64,000 bases of DNA from a virus. The position numbers were made by a program, and so were the translations under genes. Shown here piece by piece: positions 18,469 through 28,950 of this stretch (within the stretch, counting starts at the first letter, position 1; each line of letters begins with the position of its first letter). The stretch lies in IMG/VR virus record IMGVR_UViG_3300043436_003929, positions 4,664-68,663 of that record. One strand, given 5' to 3'. The notes below the pieces were generated by a model, which ran no database searches, had not been told where the DNA came from, and saw nothing but the letters and a program-made list of their open reading frames with translations.

Positions 18469-18939
18469 CTAACAATAAGACCCCGAACAATGTTTTTTTC
18501 CATCTAATCCTTTTATTTTTCCTTTACAAACTTGGACAGCGTGCCCATTTGCGTAGGCAGAAGGGTAAACTTTAAATTTTGCCTTAGCAGATGCTTTACC
18601 TCTAGCACATAAAGGAGTTCCCGTTTTCTTTCTACCCTCATTAACTCCCTCAGAATATTCATATTGGGATTCTTCATCCATTTCGTTTTTTAAGAAGTCA
18701 AACACTTGGTCCATATTTGTTTTTGCTTCTGAGATGTGGTCATCTGCCCAATCATGTCCATTTTGAATAATGTTATCAATCATATTCGGATCCATTTCTA
18801 ACATCATCTCAATCTGTCTTTTCATTTGTTTTAAATTAGAAAAGAACATATAATTTGACTGTTCAACTTCTTGTTCTGATAACACTTTTTCAACTAATCT
18901 TGTAATATCTAATTCGGTTAATTTAACTATTTTTTTCAT
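18469..18939 (-). CDS. Probable head-associated protein with KVYPSAYAN motif
   Basis: N-terminus MKKIVKLTELDITRLVEKVLSEQ; C-terminus LCARGKASAKAKFKVYPSAYANGHAVQVCKG. Confidence 0.6.
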   Translation of the reverse strand: MKKIVKLTELDITRLVEKVLSEQEVEQSNYMFFSNLKQMKRQIEMMLEMDPNMIDNIIQNGHDWADDHISEAKTNMDQVFDFLKNEMDEESQYEYSEGVNEGRKKTGTPLCARGKASAKAKFKVYPSAYANGHAVQVCKGKIKGLDGKKHCSGSYC

Positions 18940-18940
18940 A

Positions 18941-20458
18941 TTATGTGGTATAATTCTGTTTCTTATTAACTATGTTAAATGTTAATTGTCTCTTATAAGT
19001 ATCTTTCTCACCTGAAGTATTAACTTGAATATCAACATAATATTGATTAGGTATTTTATCTCTGGTGTCAAACATAAAATAAAATTCGTTAGGTGTCCTA
19101 TTAATAGGAGTCCAATCTTGAACTAACACTTCCGTGGTTCCCTCTTTAACATATACTCTGTAGAACGCTGAGATGTCTTGAAGTAACACTTGACCAGTAT
19201 ATGCCTTTTTAATTGTCACCCCAACTTTTCTAATATCAGTATTTAAAATATTTTCATTTTGTAATATACCATAAAAATCAAACCCATAAATGCTTGGTTC
19301 TTTAGAAGTTGATCCTATTTGGATTCCGGCACTATATTGTTGTAGGGTAAATTGATTTGTTACATTTGGAAGGGATTGACCATTTATTGTTAATCCTGAC
19401 CATATATCATAATATAAACACGGTGTTGGTGAACCTGAGAATCCATTAGGGATAATAACCTCATAAACACCTTTGGTTTTTAAACATGTTGTTAATGTTG
19501 CCATACCTGTAACGGCGTCACCATTCCTATCTTCAATTCTAACAACAGGGTTTGAATCTAAATTTTTGTAATCACCATTTTGATACACATAAAGATATAA
19601 CTTATTTTCTTGGTTTTTCAAAAATAAGTTTCTATTATCTTTGATTAAATCATCATAAGTTGTTTGAAGGAACGGCTGATAAAATGTTTGAGTGTGCCTT
19701 GAAAAGAATGCTACACTATAACTTTCAGTTAAACCTGTAATGTTTTCTATTTGTGGTAGATACGCAATCCCCCAACCTGTAACACCGGTGATAGTTCCAT
19801 TTAATATTCCATTTATTTCATCGGTCATATCCATATTGATATTTTCATTACCGAGTTCAAAATGTTGTCTTGCAACAATAGTCAAACCTGAAAAATTAAC
19901 GGAACCTTCGTTTTTGTTATTATAAACCCCTTGTTGAGACCAATTACTTATTGTTGTTGTTTGATACCAATTTGATGGTCTTGTAGAATATGCTCTACTA
20001 TCAACATAGGTTACTGGCGTTGATCCACCATAAGGACTATTTTGATTTACATTAGAATCGGTATAATCGAAACCCACACCTTCATCCCAATGTTGGGGAT
20101 TTCCTGTGTTGCCAGATGTTTTTGGTATTCTAAATAAGATTAAATCAAATGAAGTGGCTCTCCTTCTTTCATTTGACATAAATGTATTTAATAATTCATT
20201 ATCAAATGATGAAGTGTTAGTCATACTAAGAACGTGGGTCATTCCTGTTGTACATCCTGTTGATATTACACCCGAAGCAATGTTTTCCCTCAATAATCCT
20301 AAATCCAAATTAAATAGTAATCTACTATAACCATAATTTGGAACAATAAAATCAGACGAACCAAAATTTAGTTCAATAATAGGATTTCTACCCGTATTAA
20401 CATATGTGTTTGATTGTATTGTATTATTCTTATCTACGTATGACCTTAAAATTGACAT
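18941..20458 (-). CDS. Putative structural (baseplate/tail-associated) protein
   Basis: 505-aa beta-rich ORF downstream of the spike gene, preceded by the late motif. Confidence 0.5.
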   Translation of the reverse strand: MSILRSYVDKNNTIQSNTYVNTGRNPIIELNFGSSDFIVPNYGYSRLLFNLDLGLLRENIASGVISTGCTTGMTHVLSMTNTSSFDNELLNTFMSNERRRATSFDLILFRIPKTSGNTGNPQHWDEGVGFDYTDSNVNQNSPYGGSTPVTYVDSRAYSTRPSNWYQTTTISNWSQQGVYNNKNEGSVNFSGLTIVARQHFELGNENINMDMTDEINGILNGTITGVTGWGIAYLPQIENITGLTESYSVAFFSRHTQTFYQPFLQTTYDDLIKDNRNLFLKNQENKLYLYVYQNGDYKNLDSNPVVRIEDRNGDAVTGMATLTTCLKTKGVYEVIIPNGFSGSPTPCLYYDIWSGLTINGQSLPNVTNQFTLQQYSAGIQIGSTSKEPSIYGFDFYGILQNENILNTDIRKVGVTIKKAYTGQVLLQDISAFYRVYVKEGTTEVLVQDWTPINRTPNEFYFMFDTRDKIPNQYYVDIQVNTSGEKDTYKRQLTFNIVNKKQNYTT

Positions 20459-20469
20459 TATTTTTTATT

Positions 20470-20477
20470 TATAAATA
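20470..20477 (-). promoter_or_regulatory. Putative late promoter (TATTTATA on minus strand)
   Basis: 11 nt before the ATG at 20458; part of the palindrome TATTTATAAATA. Confidence 0.45.
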
Positions 20478-21998
20478 TCAATTAAGTCGGATATTGTTAT
20501 TAAGAATTTTTGTGTAAGCATTTTGAAGCTCTGTTAACATATCAGGAATGTTTGAACCATCCTGTGTAACCGATACTGGAGGTAATCCAGGGTATGCGTG
20601 AGTATGTGTCGTTAAGAATCTAACAATCATATTAATCAATTCCAATAACTCCTCACCTCTGACTAAACTTGATGTTTTTGGTGTTATCTCATCAACAAAT
20701 TGATCCAAAGAAATTCCATATAATGTATTGTCAAAATTGATTTTACCTTTTCCTGGTATTGATGAATTATGTGATAGTAAAAATAAATAATCACTACCTA
20801 ACGCACCATAGGTTGTTGGATCAGCAAAATACTTTGTTTGGGGTACATTTGTTGATGTTGTGTTTAATGGAGTACCAACTTTATCTTTTGCATAAATTAA
20901 ACCATAACCAGCAACTTTAAGTGCCGGTTTTAATTTTATTTGGTTGTAAATGTCGGTTATATTTTTAATTGAAGCATCGGAATTTGGTACCGATGATTTC
21001 ATTATTGAATAAGTTAAATTATTAGGTCTGTAAAAAATTGGAAACTTATTATTAGAATCCGTAAATAATTGAATTCCTGATTTTGTAACATTTGAGTTAT
21101 TACAAGTTTGAATAAAATTATTAATAAATGCTATGGTCTCATTTTTAGATAATAAACTAAATGATTCTGAGGCGATCAACGATTTCAGGTTTTCTTTAAC
21201 CACTGAATCAACTGTCAAATTTTTTGAGTTGGTGGATAAATCGTTTTTTAGTCTATAAAGATATATGGTTCCTGCGAATTTTTCTTGAGTGTTTTCAGGG
21301 TTTGTTATAACCCATTCGATTAAATAATTTACCTGAACCACAACCTCATTAAGTTGAGTTATTATTTTATCAGGTTGTTTTTGCTTTCTTAAACCAAATC
21401 TGGATAATTGTAAAAAACCTCTTTTAGAATTACCAACTGGAGGAATATTTGGCTCAAGAGACGAACCTTTAAATTTACCCGCTCTCAATAATACTTCATC
21501 TTGTTTTACAATTAAATCGGCACTACCACGACCTAAAATACCATTATCACCTGGTTCAGGAAACACTCCCTTATGAACTGCTTGGTCTGTAAAAGTACCG
21601 TCTTGATTTTTTAATGGTTTTGGTGCGGTTAGTTGGGTTCCTGTCCCTGTGAATTTATTTCCACCAACATAATATTCAAACTTTGTTGTTGTTGGGCTTG
21701 AAAAAGTACTTTGTATGTAATATTGATTTAAAAATTTAAAATCTTTATTAACATAAATTACTTGTGTTAATTCATCTATTAACGGAACTTGATACATGAA
21801 ATACGGCATTAAAGGATTAAAAACAAACGGATCTCTTGTTGTCCATTTGTCTTTTTCTTCATTCCATATTGGGTCATTAATACTTTTAATGATATCATTA
21901 TAGTTATCAATTAATAATTTGGCTCTAATCCTACCCAACATCATTGGATCCTCATTATCAATTACCTGAGCCTGAAAAAATATTGAATTATCTTCCAT
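20478..21998 (-). CDS. Baseplate central spike/hub protein (gp5/VgrG-like OB fold)
   Basis: N-terminal QVIDNEDPMMLGRIRAK; GRGSADL; C-terminal LVRGEEL...HTH metal-binding tip motif. Confidence 0.75.
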   Translation of the reverse strand: MEDNSIFFQAQVIDNEDPMMLGRIRAKLLIDNYNDIIKSINDPIWNEEKDKWTTRDPFVFNPLMPYFMYQVPLIDELTQVIYVNKDFKFLNQYYIQSTFSSPTTTKFEYYVGGNKFTGTGTQLTAPKPLKNQDGTFTDQAVHKGVFPEPGDNGILGRGSADLIVKQDEVLLRAGKFKGSSLEPNIPPVGNSKRGFLQLSRFGLRKQKQPDKIITQLNEVVVQVNYLIEWVITNPENTQEKFAGTIYLYRLKNDLSTNSKNLTVDSVVKENLKSLIASESFSLLSKNETIAFINNFIQTCNNSNVTKSGIQLFTDSNNKFPIFYRPNNLTYSIMKSSVPNSDASIKNITDIYNQIKLKPALKVAGYGLIYAKDKVGTPLNTTSTNVPQTKYFADPTTYGALGSDYLFLLSHNSSIPGKGKINFDNTLYGISLDQFVDEITPKTSSLVRGEELLELINMIVRFLTTHTHAYPGLPPVSVTQDGSNIPDMLTELQNAYTKILNNNIRLN

Positions 21999-22200
21999 TT
22001 GTTCTTGATTGGTATTCGTCTAATGATTTATTATAAAACTCTTCAATTTTATCCAAATAAAGAGTCAGTCCAATTATATTGTTTTTTGTTGATTCAAATT
22101 CAGTTGTTAATAAGTCCATCATTTCAATTAACTTATTATTCGGATGATTTTTTAAATCATTAATATCTCCTGACATTTTTTCAAATTCTTCGTTTGTCAT
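21988..22200 (-). CDS. Small coiled-coil hypothetical protein
   Basis: ATG at 22200 (MTNEEFEK...) lies right after the upstream stop; the track's 22284 start overlaps the previous gene. Confidence 0.6.
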   Translation of the reverse strand: MTNEEFEKMSGDINDLKNHPNNKLIEMMDLLTTEFESTKNNIIGLTLYLDKIEEFYNKSLDEYQSRTNGR

Positions 22201-22201
22201 A

Positions 22202-24304
22202 TTATCGTTTTTTTCCAAATATGCGTAAAATACCTCCAGTTGCGGGTGGAACAATAACCACACCTTCAACTTTACCGTTTTCACTTTCTTCTTTATCCGA
22301 TCCTCTATGAGTCATTAAATTATAAATTCCCATTAGGTTTGGTGATCCATCAGGTAGGGTTCCAGTTGGAATTCCCACCGATTGTAATAGTTCAATTGTG
22401 TTGATAGTTGCTCTTTCAGGTGAACTACCAGGTAAAAATTGTGTTAATAATAATAGTGGCATTGGTATTGATCCGTCAGACCTGCCAAATATAGTTTTTA
22501 ATAACAACAATATATCGGTAATTAATGATTTACACTTCCTATAATCATTAACCAATTGAGATAAAATTAAAAGAAGATTAACTAACCTCAAGATTATTGC
22601 GTATTTTTTTAATCTCGCAGATCTTGATATATCGGCAATAACTGAAGTAATTAGATTTAATATGTCTTTCTTTAAAATATCATATAATGTTCTTATAAAA
22701 ATAGCGCCTATTTTAGAAACAACTTCAATATTAAAACTCCTAAATGCCGATAAAAAATCTATTGAATTATTAACAATATTATTAACACCTCCAAGTGACG
22801 TATTACCCGATTGAACTATGGTATTTGCAGAAGTTATATTTTGATTGTAGTTGTTTTTGGCGTCACTTTCAACAACCTGTAGTAAAATAAAAATTGGTAG
22901 TAATACTTTTGGACTAAGTATAGATGATGCGACTGCCAAAGGTATTTGACTTAATATTTCTTTATTTACTGCGGCATCTAAATTAAAATTTGTTGGTAGA
23001 AAAGGTTGCCAATCAGGGTTTTGATATATGGTGTCTAAAACACTATTCATTGCATTCACCTGACCATCTAAGTTTAATGTATCTGAAATATTCCTAAATC
23101 TACCCAATTCATTAATTATTGTTTCATAATCAACCGGTAATTTAACATTCTCACAATCTTCAAATTCCATAACACCATTTTGAATGTTAGCAATTCTTAT
23201 ATCTATGGTTCTTAAATCAACTTCAGTAAATTCAAAAAAACTATTATCAACACCATCTAATTCCGCAACTTTTGAAATACCACTAACATCTATTTCTCTT
23301 CTACTATCAAAACAAAGACCTAAAATCCTTTGAAGGATTAGTGAAAACTTAGTATTTTGCGATATTTCTTGAGCACTTAAATTAGAATTAATACTTATAG
23401 CACCCGAAATAATATTCACCAAAGATTCAGTAACATCAACACTATCTATTAATTTAATTGTAGAATAATAATCTTTTAAAAACTCACCAACTTTATTCAC
23501 AGGTTCACCTTCAGTCACACCAGCAGTAGTTAAACTATTTGCCGGTTTATTGATTAGTGCCACTCTGTAACAATCTTGATTAACACCAAACTGATTTGTT
23601 GGAGAATACGCAAAATCAAATAAATCTAAACCAGAGGTTCCTTGGTAATATTTACCGTATTCTTGATAGTATGAACGATTCAAATTTGAATCCTCCATTC
23701 TAAGATTTAATTCTTTATTCATTGGATACGGTAATGGTCCTGAATAAGGCTTAAAAACACCTGAAGTAACGTTAGGATTTTCTTTTTCGTATGAAACACT
23801 ACCCAATTTACTATTAACTGGTGTTTTTAATAACGACCCTAAATCTATAGATTGTACTGGTACATATATTCCTTCACCAACAGGAAGTGTGGTTAGTGGA
23901 TTCACCTGTAAATTTAGTTTGTCATATCCATTAAATGTTTGTTCTTGAGAACAACCTAAAGCCTTTATCGCTGAATCACCGATTATTTGTTGAACTTGAG
24001 GTTCAATTTTAACTACAACCTCTAAAAGTCGTTGTTTCAAATACTTGGTAGAGTCTAATCCGCTACCATTTGTAATATTAATTAATTCTAAAAGTTGATC
24101 AAAAGAAGTTGGTTGGTTTCTTAAATATCTTTTTTGTTGATTTGAGATATTTTCTAATGATGAATTTAAACTTGCTGTAGATTTTGCAAATGAATTTCCT
24201 GCGGAACTTTTTAATTGTTTTGCTCCGGCAGAAATTTCTTTGTAAGATTTTATTGAGTTTATTTGACTTTTAGCACTATCATAACTCTGATTTAAATCCG
24301 CCAT
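22202..24304 (-). CDS. Large hypothetical protein, probably baseplate/tail-associated
   Basis: 700-aa ORF in the same operon as the spike gene. Confidence 0.55.
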   Translation of the reverse strand: MADLNQSYDSAKSQINSIKSYKEISAGAKQLKSSAGNSFAKSTASLNSSLENISNQQKRYLRNQPTSFDQLLELINITNGSGLDSTKYLKQRLLEVVVKIEPQVQQIIGDSAIKALGCSQEQTFNGYDKLNLQVNPLTTLPVGEGIYVPVQSIDLGSLLKTPVNSKLGSVSYEKENPNVTSGVFKPYSGPLPYPMNKELNLRMEDSNLNRSYYQEYGKYYQGTSGLDLFDFAYSPTNQFGVNQDCYRVALINKPANSLTTAGVTEGEPVNKVGEFLKDYYSTIKLIDSVDVTESLVNIISGAISINSNLSAQEISQNTKFSLILQRILGLCFDSRREIDVSGISKVAELDGVDNSFFEFTEVDLRTIDIRIANIQNGVMEFEDCENVKLPVDYETIINELGRFRNISDTLNLDGQVNAMNSVLDTIYQNPDWQPFLPTNFNLDAAVNKEILSQIPLAVASSILSPKVLLPIFILLQVVESDAKNNYNQNITSANTIVQSGNTSLGGVNNIVNNSIDFLSAFRSFNIEVVSKIGAIFIRTLYDILKKDILNLITSVIADISRSARLKKYAIILRLVNLLLILSQLVNDYRKCKSLITDILLLLKTIFGRSDGSIPMPLLLLTQFLPGSSPERATINTIELLQSVGIPTGTLPDGSPNLMGIYNLMTHRGSDKEESENGKVEGVVIVPPATGGILRIFGKKR

Positions 24305-24306
24305 TA

Positions 24307-24675
24307 TTACTTCATTTTATAAGTTTCCTCGTCGTTGGAAACATCTTTATTAATTAAATTTTGGATTAGATCGTCATCTAAGTCAGCAAGAGAAAATGAC
24401 TCACTTTCGGCGTTATTAGATTTTTCCCAAATACTTGATTGTAATTTAGATAAACTAATCTTTTTCTCAACACAGTCATTAACTATTTTCTGTTGTTTTT
24501 CAATAACAGGACCAATTGACATCATATCATTAGGGTCTTTTAACATTAAAAGCATTTTATTTTGAATCCTAATAGCAGTTTGTCTCTGTTCAACAAGTTC
24601 ATTGTATATTTCCTGCATTAAGGCTAAAATTGAATCTTTAGTAAAATTAATTTCTTTTCGTTGTGGTCTAGGCAT
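24307..24675 (-). CDS. Hypothetical helical protein
   Basis: 122-aa ORF, first gene after a late motif. Confidence 0.6.
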   Translation of the reverse strand: MPRPQRKEINFTKDSILALMQEIYNELVEQRQTAIRIQNKMLLMLKDPNDMMSIGPVIEKQQKIVNDCVEKKISLSKLQSSIWEKSNNAESESFSLADLDDDLIQNLINKDVSNDEETYKMK

Positions 24676-24678
24676 ATC

Positions 24679-24686
24679 TATAAATA
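24679..24686 (-). promoter_or_regulatory. Putative late promoter (TATTTATA on minus strand)
   Basis: 3 nt before the ATG at 24675. Confidence 0.5.
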
Positions 24687-24690
24687 CTTT

Positions 24691-25440
24691 TTAATCAGTT
24701 TTCATTTTATTTTGAATAATAATATATAATTTTTTAAATCTTTTCATTGAAGATCGTATTTCTTTTGTACTTAAATTTGTCATTTCCCTTAAAGACAAAA
24801 GAATTACATTTTTATTAAATTTATTATTATCAGCACTAGAAAATATGGATTCATAATTATCAAACAAGTCAACAAGTGCATAACCTAACTTCTTTTCATT
24901 ATCGTTTAAGTTTCCACGATCAACAAAATCTTTTAATTCTTTTAAATATTCTGTAATTATAAAACTAGTATCAATTTCTTCTTCGTCTATTCTATAAGAC
25001 ATATCAGGTCTTTCTTCAAGACTTTCCGACATATCTTCATAGGATACTTTTCTATTGGTTTCTTTTTGGTCTTTAATGATTTGACCCATTAAATAGTTTT
25101 TACATATAGTACCAAAATATGAATAAGCCTTCTTTTCTTTAGAAGGCTTAAACTTATCAACCTTAGTCATTAAAAAAGAATGAGTGTCGCAGTGAATTTC
25201 GGTAAAATCCATATCCTTACGATATAACTTATATCGTCTAATTATGGATGATATCATCTTATCAAGAGGTCCTCTTAAGTACTCGTTGTATATTTTGTTT
25301 TTTTCTTCCGAAGTTTCTGCCAGTAAAAAATCTTTCACAGCATTTTCTTCTCTAATATCAAAATAATTTGCGCTTACCGTTTTTCTACCTCTTTTTTTAG
25401 ATGAAACATCTTCTGTTGTTGCAGATAGAGTTTCTAACAT
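24691..25440 (-). CDS. Phage sigma factor (T4 gp55-like late sigma)
   Basis: NYF near the N-terminus and KFKPSKEKKAYSYFGTICKNYL resemble gp55/sigma region 2 (FDPxK..FAYFTxI). Confidence 0.7.
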   Translation of the reverse strand: MLETLSATTEDVSSKKRGRKTVSANYFDIREENAVKDFLLAETSEEKNKIYNEYLRGPLDKMISSIIRRYKLYRKDMDFTEIHCDTHSFLMTKVDKFKPSKEKKAYSYFGTICKNYLMGQIIKDQKETNRKVSYEDMSESLEERPDMSYRIDEEEIDTSFIITEYLKELKDFVDRGNLNDNEKKLGYALVDLFDNYESIFSSADNNKFNKNVILLSLREMTNLSTKEIRSSMKRFKKLYIIIQNKMKTD

Positions 25441-26246
25441 TACTCATTTTCTGTTATGTAATTTATGACCCTATCGTCAACAAAAAAGAATTCTTTTTTT
25501 GCTGTTTGAACCCAAAACTTAACTTCGTCTTCTAAAATTTTATTTTCACCAAACTTATAATTCCAAAAAATTGAACCTTCTCTCATATTTGTATGCTTAT
25601 ACCCAAGTCTTGGTATTGTCATAATTGAAACTGAATTGTAGGTCAATCTTAATAAAAACTCATAAACAAATGTTAGTTTTATTGATGGTTTAAATCCACC
25701 AAACTCTTCAATAACACTCTTCTTAATTACAGCACCTGCGGTTTGAAAATTTTGGTAATTTTGTAAAGTTTCATTTGTTAAAACTCCCATCTCTTGACTA
25801 AAGTTTGCCGCAAATGTTGCCTCATTAGTGAATCCCGCAAATAAACCCTTTTCGTCGGTTTCAACAACCACAGGTAAAAATACTTGAGTTTCAGGAAATG
25901 AGTTGATGTATTTTTTTACATTTTTAAACCAAATAGATGCGTATTCGTCATCAAATTCAAATAAAGAAACCCAAGTACCTTTAGCATTTTTAATACCATA
26001 ATTAACTTGTTCAGCATAACTTGGTTCTTTATCCCACAGTAATTTTGTAACATTTAAAGTCCCAAAATCATAATTGTTTAAATGATCAATTAACGATTCT
26101 TCAGTCGTATGGATAATTACTAACTCTTCAATATCAATAGTTTGTGATTTAATTGAGGTTATTGCCTTATCAAAATATTCATTAAAATCTCTAGATTTAG
26201 ATGATTTGATAGGTAGTATTATAGATAGTGATAATTGTTCGTTCAT
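25440..26246 (-). CDS. Glycosyltransferase family 2
   Basis: LSIILPI, SIKSQT, VNYGIKNAKGTWVSLFEFDDEY, GGF, EFLLRL; start probably at 26246 (MNEQL). Confidence 0.85.
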   Translation of the reverse strand: MNEQLSLSIILPIKSSKSRDFNEYFDKAITSIKSQTIDIEELVIIHTTEESLIDHLNNYDFGTLNVTKLLWDKEPSYAEQVNYGIKNAKGTWVSLFEFDDEYASIWFKNVKKYINSFPETQVFLPVVVETDEKGLFAGFTNEATFAANFSQEMGVLTNETLQNYQNFQTAGAVIKKSVIEEFGGFKPSIKLTFVYEFLLRLTYNSVSIMTIPRLGYKHTNMREGSIFWNYKFGENKILEDEVKFWVQTAKKEFFFVDDRVINYITENE

Positions 26247-26247
26247 A

Positions 26248-27300
26248 TTATTCTTCTGTTTTAGATATTTGTTTTTCAAATGATTCAGCTCTTACATTCA
26301 AGTAAGATTCAAATAAAGAAATTACTGCAGAATCGAATTCTTGTTTATTAGTATAAGCTTCAACTGTTTTTTTCATATTATCAAAAAGTTCAACTTTGAT
26401 ATTATCTTCTAACCAATTTTGGATGTAATCAGCAATAAAATCACAAATCATTGTTTTATTAGTAATCCAAACACCATTATCGTCATTCATCCACTCAGGT
26501 TGCATATTTGGTATTTTACCAATAACAGGTACTCCTGATGCCATAGATTCTAACGGGAATGTTCCAAATCCACTTTCATCATCAATCCAAACACTAACAA
26601 AACAATCCCTTAAAGAGTTTGCAAATTCTTTTTCTGAAAGACCTCTCAAATCTCTAAATGTGAACCATCTATATTGAGGGAATTTTAAATAAAAAGTTTT
26701 AATTAAATTAATTGTATCTTCTTGGTTTTTAGTATGTACACCAATGATAGTCATTGGAGGAACACTTTTAGGGTAAAAATTATCGGTTATTAAAGGTTTG
26801 ATAATATCAAAACTAGACTGTTTCATAACAGTTTCAATATATTCTTGTTGTTTTCTTGTTGTTGTTAAGCATTTATAAAATCCATATTGAGCCCAACTTT
26901 GACCTGGTTGTAATGTTTCAACAATATGGTTATAATTTTGACTTAAAACAATTTTACCACAAGGTAAATTCTTTATTTGTTCCATAACATAACCAAATAC
27001 TTCAGGTATAATAATGAAATCTTCAGGTGATATTTCTAAATTTTGACCCTCAATTGATTTGTGAGGTATTGACATATACTCTTCATCTAACCAAGCAACA
27101 ACTCCTGAGTATTCTTTTTTCTCATGTAGAATTATTGGATTAAATCCCGCGTCTAATAGAGATTTTGCCATTTGATAGATTAACCTAACAGACGCTTTAG
27201 CATTACCTTTAGTATCTTGAGTAAGAAAATAAATTCTTGACTTCTTATCTTTTAGATTCTGAATCGATTGTTTTACTTTTTCGTTTAACGATGTATCCAT
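26248..27300 (-). CDS. GT-B (GT4-like) glycosyltransferase
   Basis: IIIPE and SGFGTFPLESMASGVPVI (GT4 signature region). Confidence 0.85.
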   Translation of the reverse strand: MDTSLNEKVKQSIQNLKDKKSRIYFLTQDTKGNAKASVRLIYQMAKSLLDAGFNPIILHEKKEYSGVVAWLDEEYMSIPHKSIEGQNLEISPEDFIIIPEVFGYVMEQIKNLPCGKIVLSQNYNHIVETLQPGQSWAQYGFYKCLTTTRKQQEYIETVMKQSSFDIIKPLITDNFYPKSVPPMTIIGVHTKNQEDTINLIKTFYLKFPQYRWFTFRDLRGLSEKEFANSLRDCFVSVWIDDESGFGTFPLESMASGVPVIGKIPNMQPEWMNDDNGVWITNKTMICDFIADYIQNWLEDNIKVELFDNMKKTVEAYTNKQEFDSAVISLFESYLNVRAESFEKQISKTEE

Positions 27301-27301
27301 A

Positions 27302-27583
27302 TTAATAGTGATTTATAAGTTTTTTATTTAAAAGGCTGTTAAATGCTAACCTAAATGGTATACTTGTGTTTGAAGTTGATTTCAACCCTAACTGTTCATC
27401 AATTTCTTCATGCTCAGTTAAAACCGTATCCATCAGCATTTTCACCAATTCAAATTTTAAAATGTTTATTTTTGTTTCTGTGCTACCCGAAGAATCATCT
27501 TCATTACCTTGATCTGACATATTCATGTACTCTTCAATTTTATCCAAATCAATATAGTAGTTTTCTCCTAATACTTTAATCAT
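27302..27583 (-). CDS. Hypothetical protein
   Basis: 93-aa ORF within the operon. Confidence 0.6.
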   Translation of the reverse strand: MIKVLGENYYIDLDKIEEYMNMSDQGNEDDSSGSTETKINILKFELVKMLMDTVLTEHEEIDEQLGLKSTSNTSIPFRLAFNSLLNKKLINHY

Positions 27584-28172
27584 ATAGTTTTTTAATTTTT
27601 GTTTCTAATTCTTTTATTTTTGTTATTGAATGTTCAACTTCAATGTGTTTATTATATGATGTTTCATATTTTATAACAATTTTTTCAGTTGGATAATTTA
27701 ATAATAAGTGAGGATTTGCTGTAAGTAAAATGTCTATTGAACTCCACATAGAATTAATTGTTGATTCACTATAAAATTTTACGTTTTCAACAAGACACCC
27801 AAACTTAGAAATGAAGAATAAAGATGCCGGTTTTGATTTACCAATTTCATCAGAAACAATCAAAATATCGTGATTATCTCTCATGTTCAAATAAAAATCG
27901 TTAAAATCCATCATACTTGATACCTCAACGGATCCTGCATGACCAAAAATCTCCATCGTATGTTCTTTGTATAAAAAATTGTATAACTCATCATCATCTT
28001 TAAATTTTAGATGTTTCATAATATCTAAAGTGGTTAAGTCAGAAATTACCTCATATTTAGATTTTTCCTCATCTTCTTTGAATGGGTTATCCAAATACCA
28101 TTTTTCATATTCCTGTTGTATTTTTTTTAGAGTGTCTCTTAATACTCCGTTTAATTCTATTCCAATTCTCAT
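27576..28172 (-). CDS. HAD-fold 5'(3')-nucleotidase-like protein with degenerate motif I
   Basis: MRIGIELNGVLRD corresponds to NT5C-type IxIDxDGVLxD; C-terminal YN motif. Confidence 0.6.
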   Translation of the reverse strand: MRIGIELNGVLRDTLKKIQQEYEKWYLDNPFKEDEEKSKYEVISDLTTLDIMKHLKFKDDDELYNFLYKEHTMEIFGHAGSVEVSSMMDFNDFYLNMRDNHDILIVSDEIGKSKPASLFFISKFGCLVENVKFYSESTINSMWSSIDILLTANPHLLLNYPTEKIVIKYETSYNKHIEVEHSITKIKELETKIKKLYD

Positions 28173-28918
28173 TCCGTTTCGTTATCGTATTTTTGTAAAA
28201 TTTTACTAATTAAAGGATTTCTAACAATATCGTTTTTATCCTTAAATTCAAAAGTTGCGACATTATCATCATTTCTAAATTTTTCAATAGCATCCCATAA
28301 ACCACTGTGGGTTTTATTTTTATATCGATCTGACTGTTCAACATCACCTGATATGAAAAATTTACTATTGAATCCAATTCTCGTTAATAATAATTTCATT
28401 TGACTAGGTGTTGCGTTTTGACCCTCTTCAAAAATTAAAATTGAATTATCAATATTCATACCCCTCATAAATGCCAAAGCAAAAACTTCAACAATTTCAA
28501 GTTCTTTTAATTTTTCTCTATTATCTTTACCAATAATTTTATTCAACAAATAATAAGATGGGAAAATATATGGATCCAACTTTTCCTCAACATTACCTGG
28601 TAAACTTCCTAATTTTTCTTCCGCTTCAACCGCTGGTCTTACAATAATAATTTTTTCATAAGGTGTTGTTGGGTCTGATAGTAAATCAATAGCTGCTTTC
28701 ATTGTAATGTAACTTTTACCAACACCAGCAGGACCTGAACAAACAATAACTTCATTAGAAATTAAAGTATCATAATATCTTTTTTGCGTTTGAGTTAAAA
28801 ACTTTTCTTTGGTTTTCTTTTTTAGAATTGAGCAAATAATCTCTTTTCTTGTTTTAGTACTACTTTCCTCACTTGAGTGAGTATGTGATGTTGTTTTTTT
28901 TGGTTTTGTATTTGCCAT
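28169..28918 (-). CDS. phoH: PhoH-family ATPase
   Basis: GPAGVGKS, RPAVE..EKLGSLPG, AFMRG, QMKLLLTRIG, GDVEQSD, DIVRNPLI. Confidence 0.95.
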   Translation of the reverse strand: MANTKPKKTTSHTHSSEESSTKTRKEIICSILKKKTKEKFLTQTQKRYYDTLISNEVIVCSGPAGVGKSYITMKAAIDLLSDPTTPYEKIIIVRPAVEAEEKLGSLPGNVEEKLDPYIFPSYYLLNKIIGKDNREKLKELEIVEVFALAFMRGMNIDNSILIFEEGQNATPSQMKLLLTRIGFNSKFFISGDVEQSDRYKNKTHSGLWDAIEKFRNDDNVATFEFKDKNDIVRNPLISKILQKYDNETE

Positions 28919-28950
28919 TTAGTTAAATTTAGCGTTTCTTTTGTTTATTT

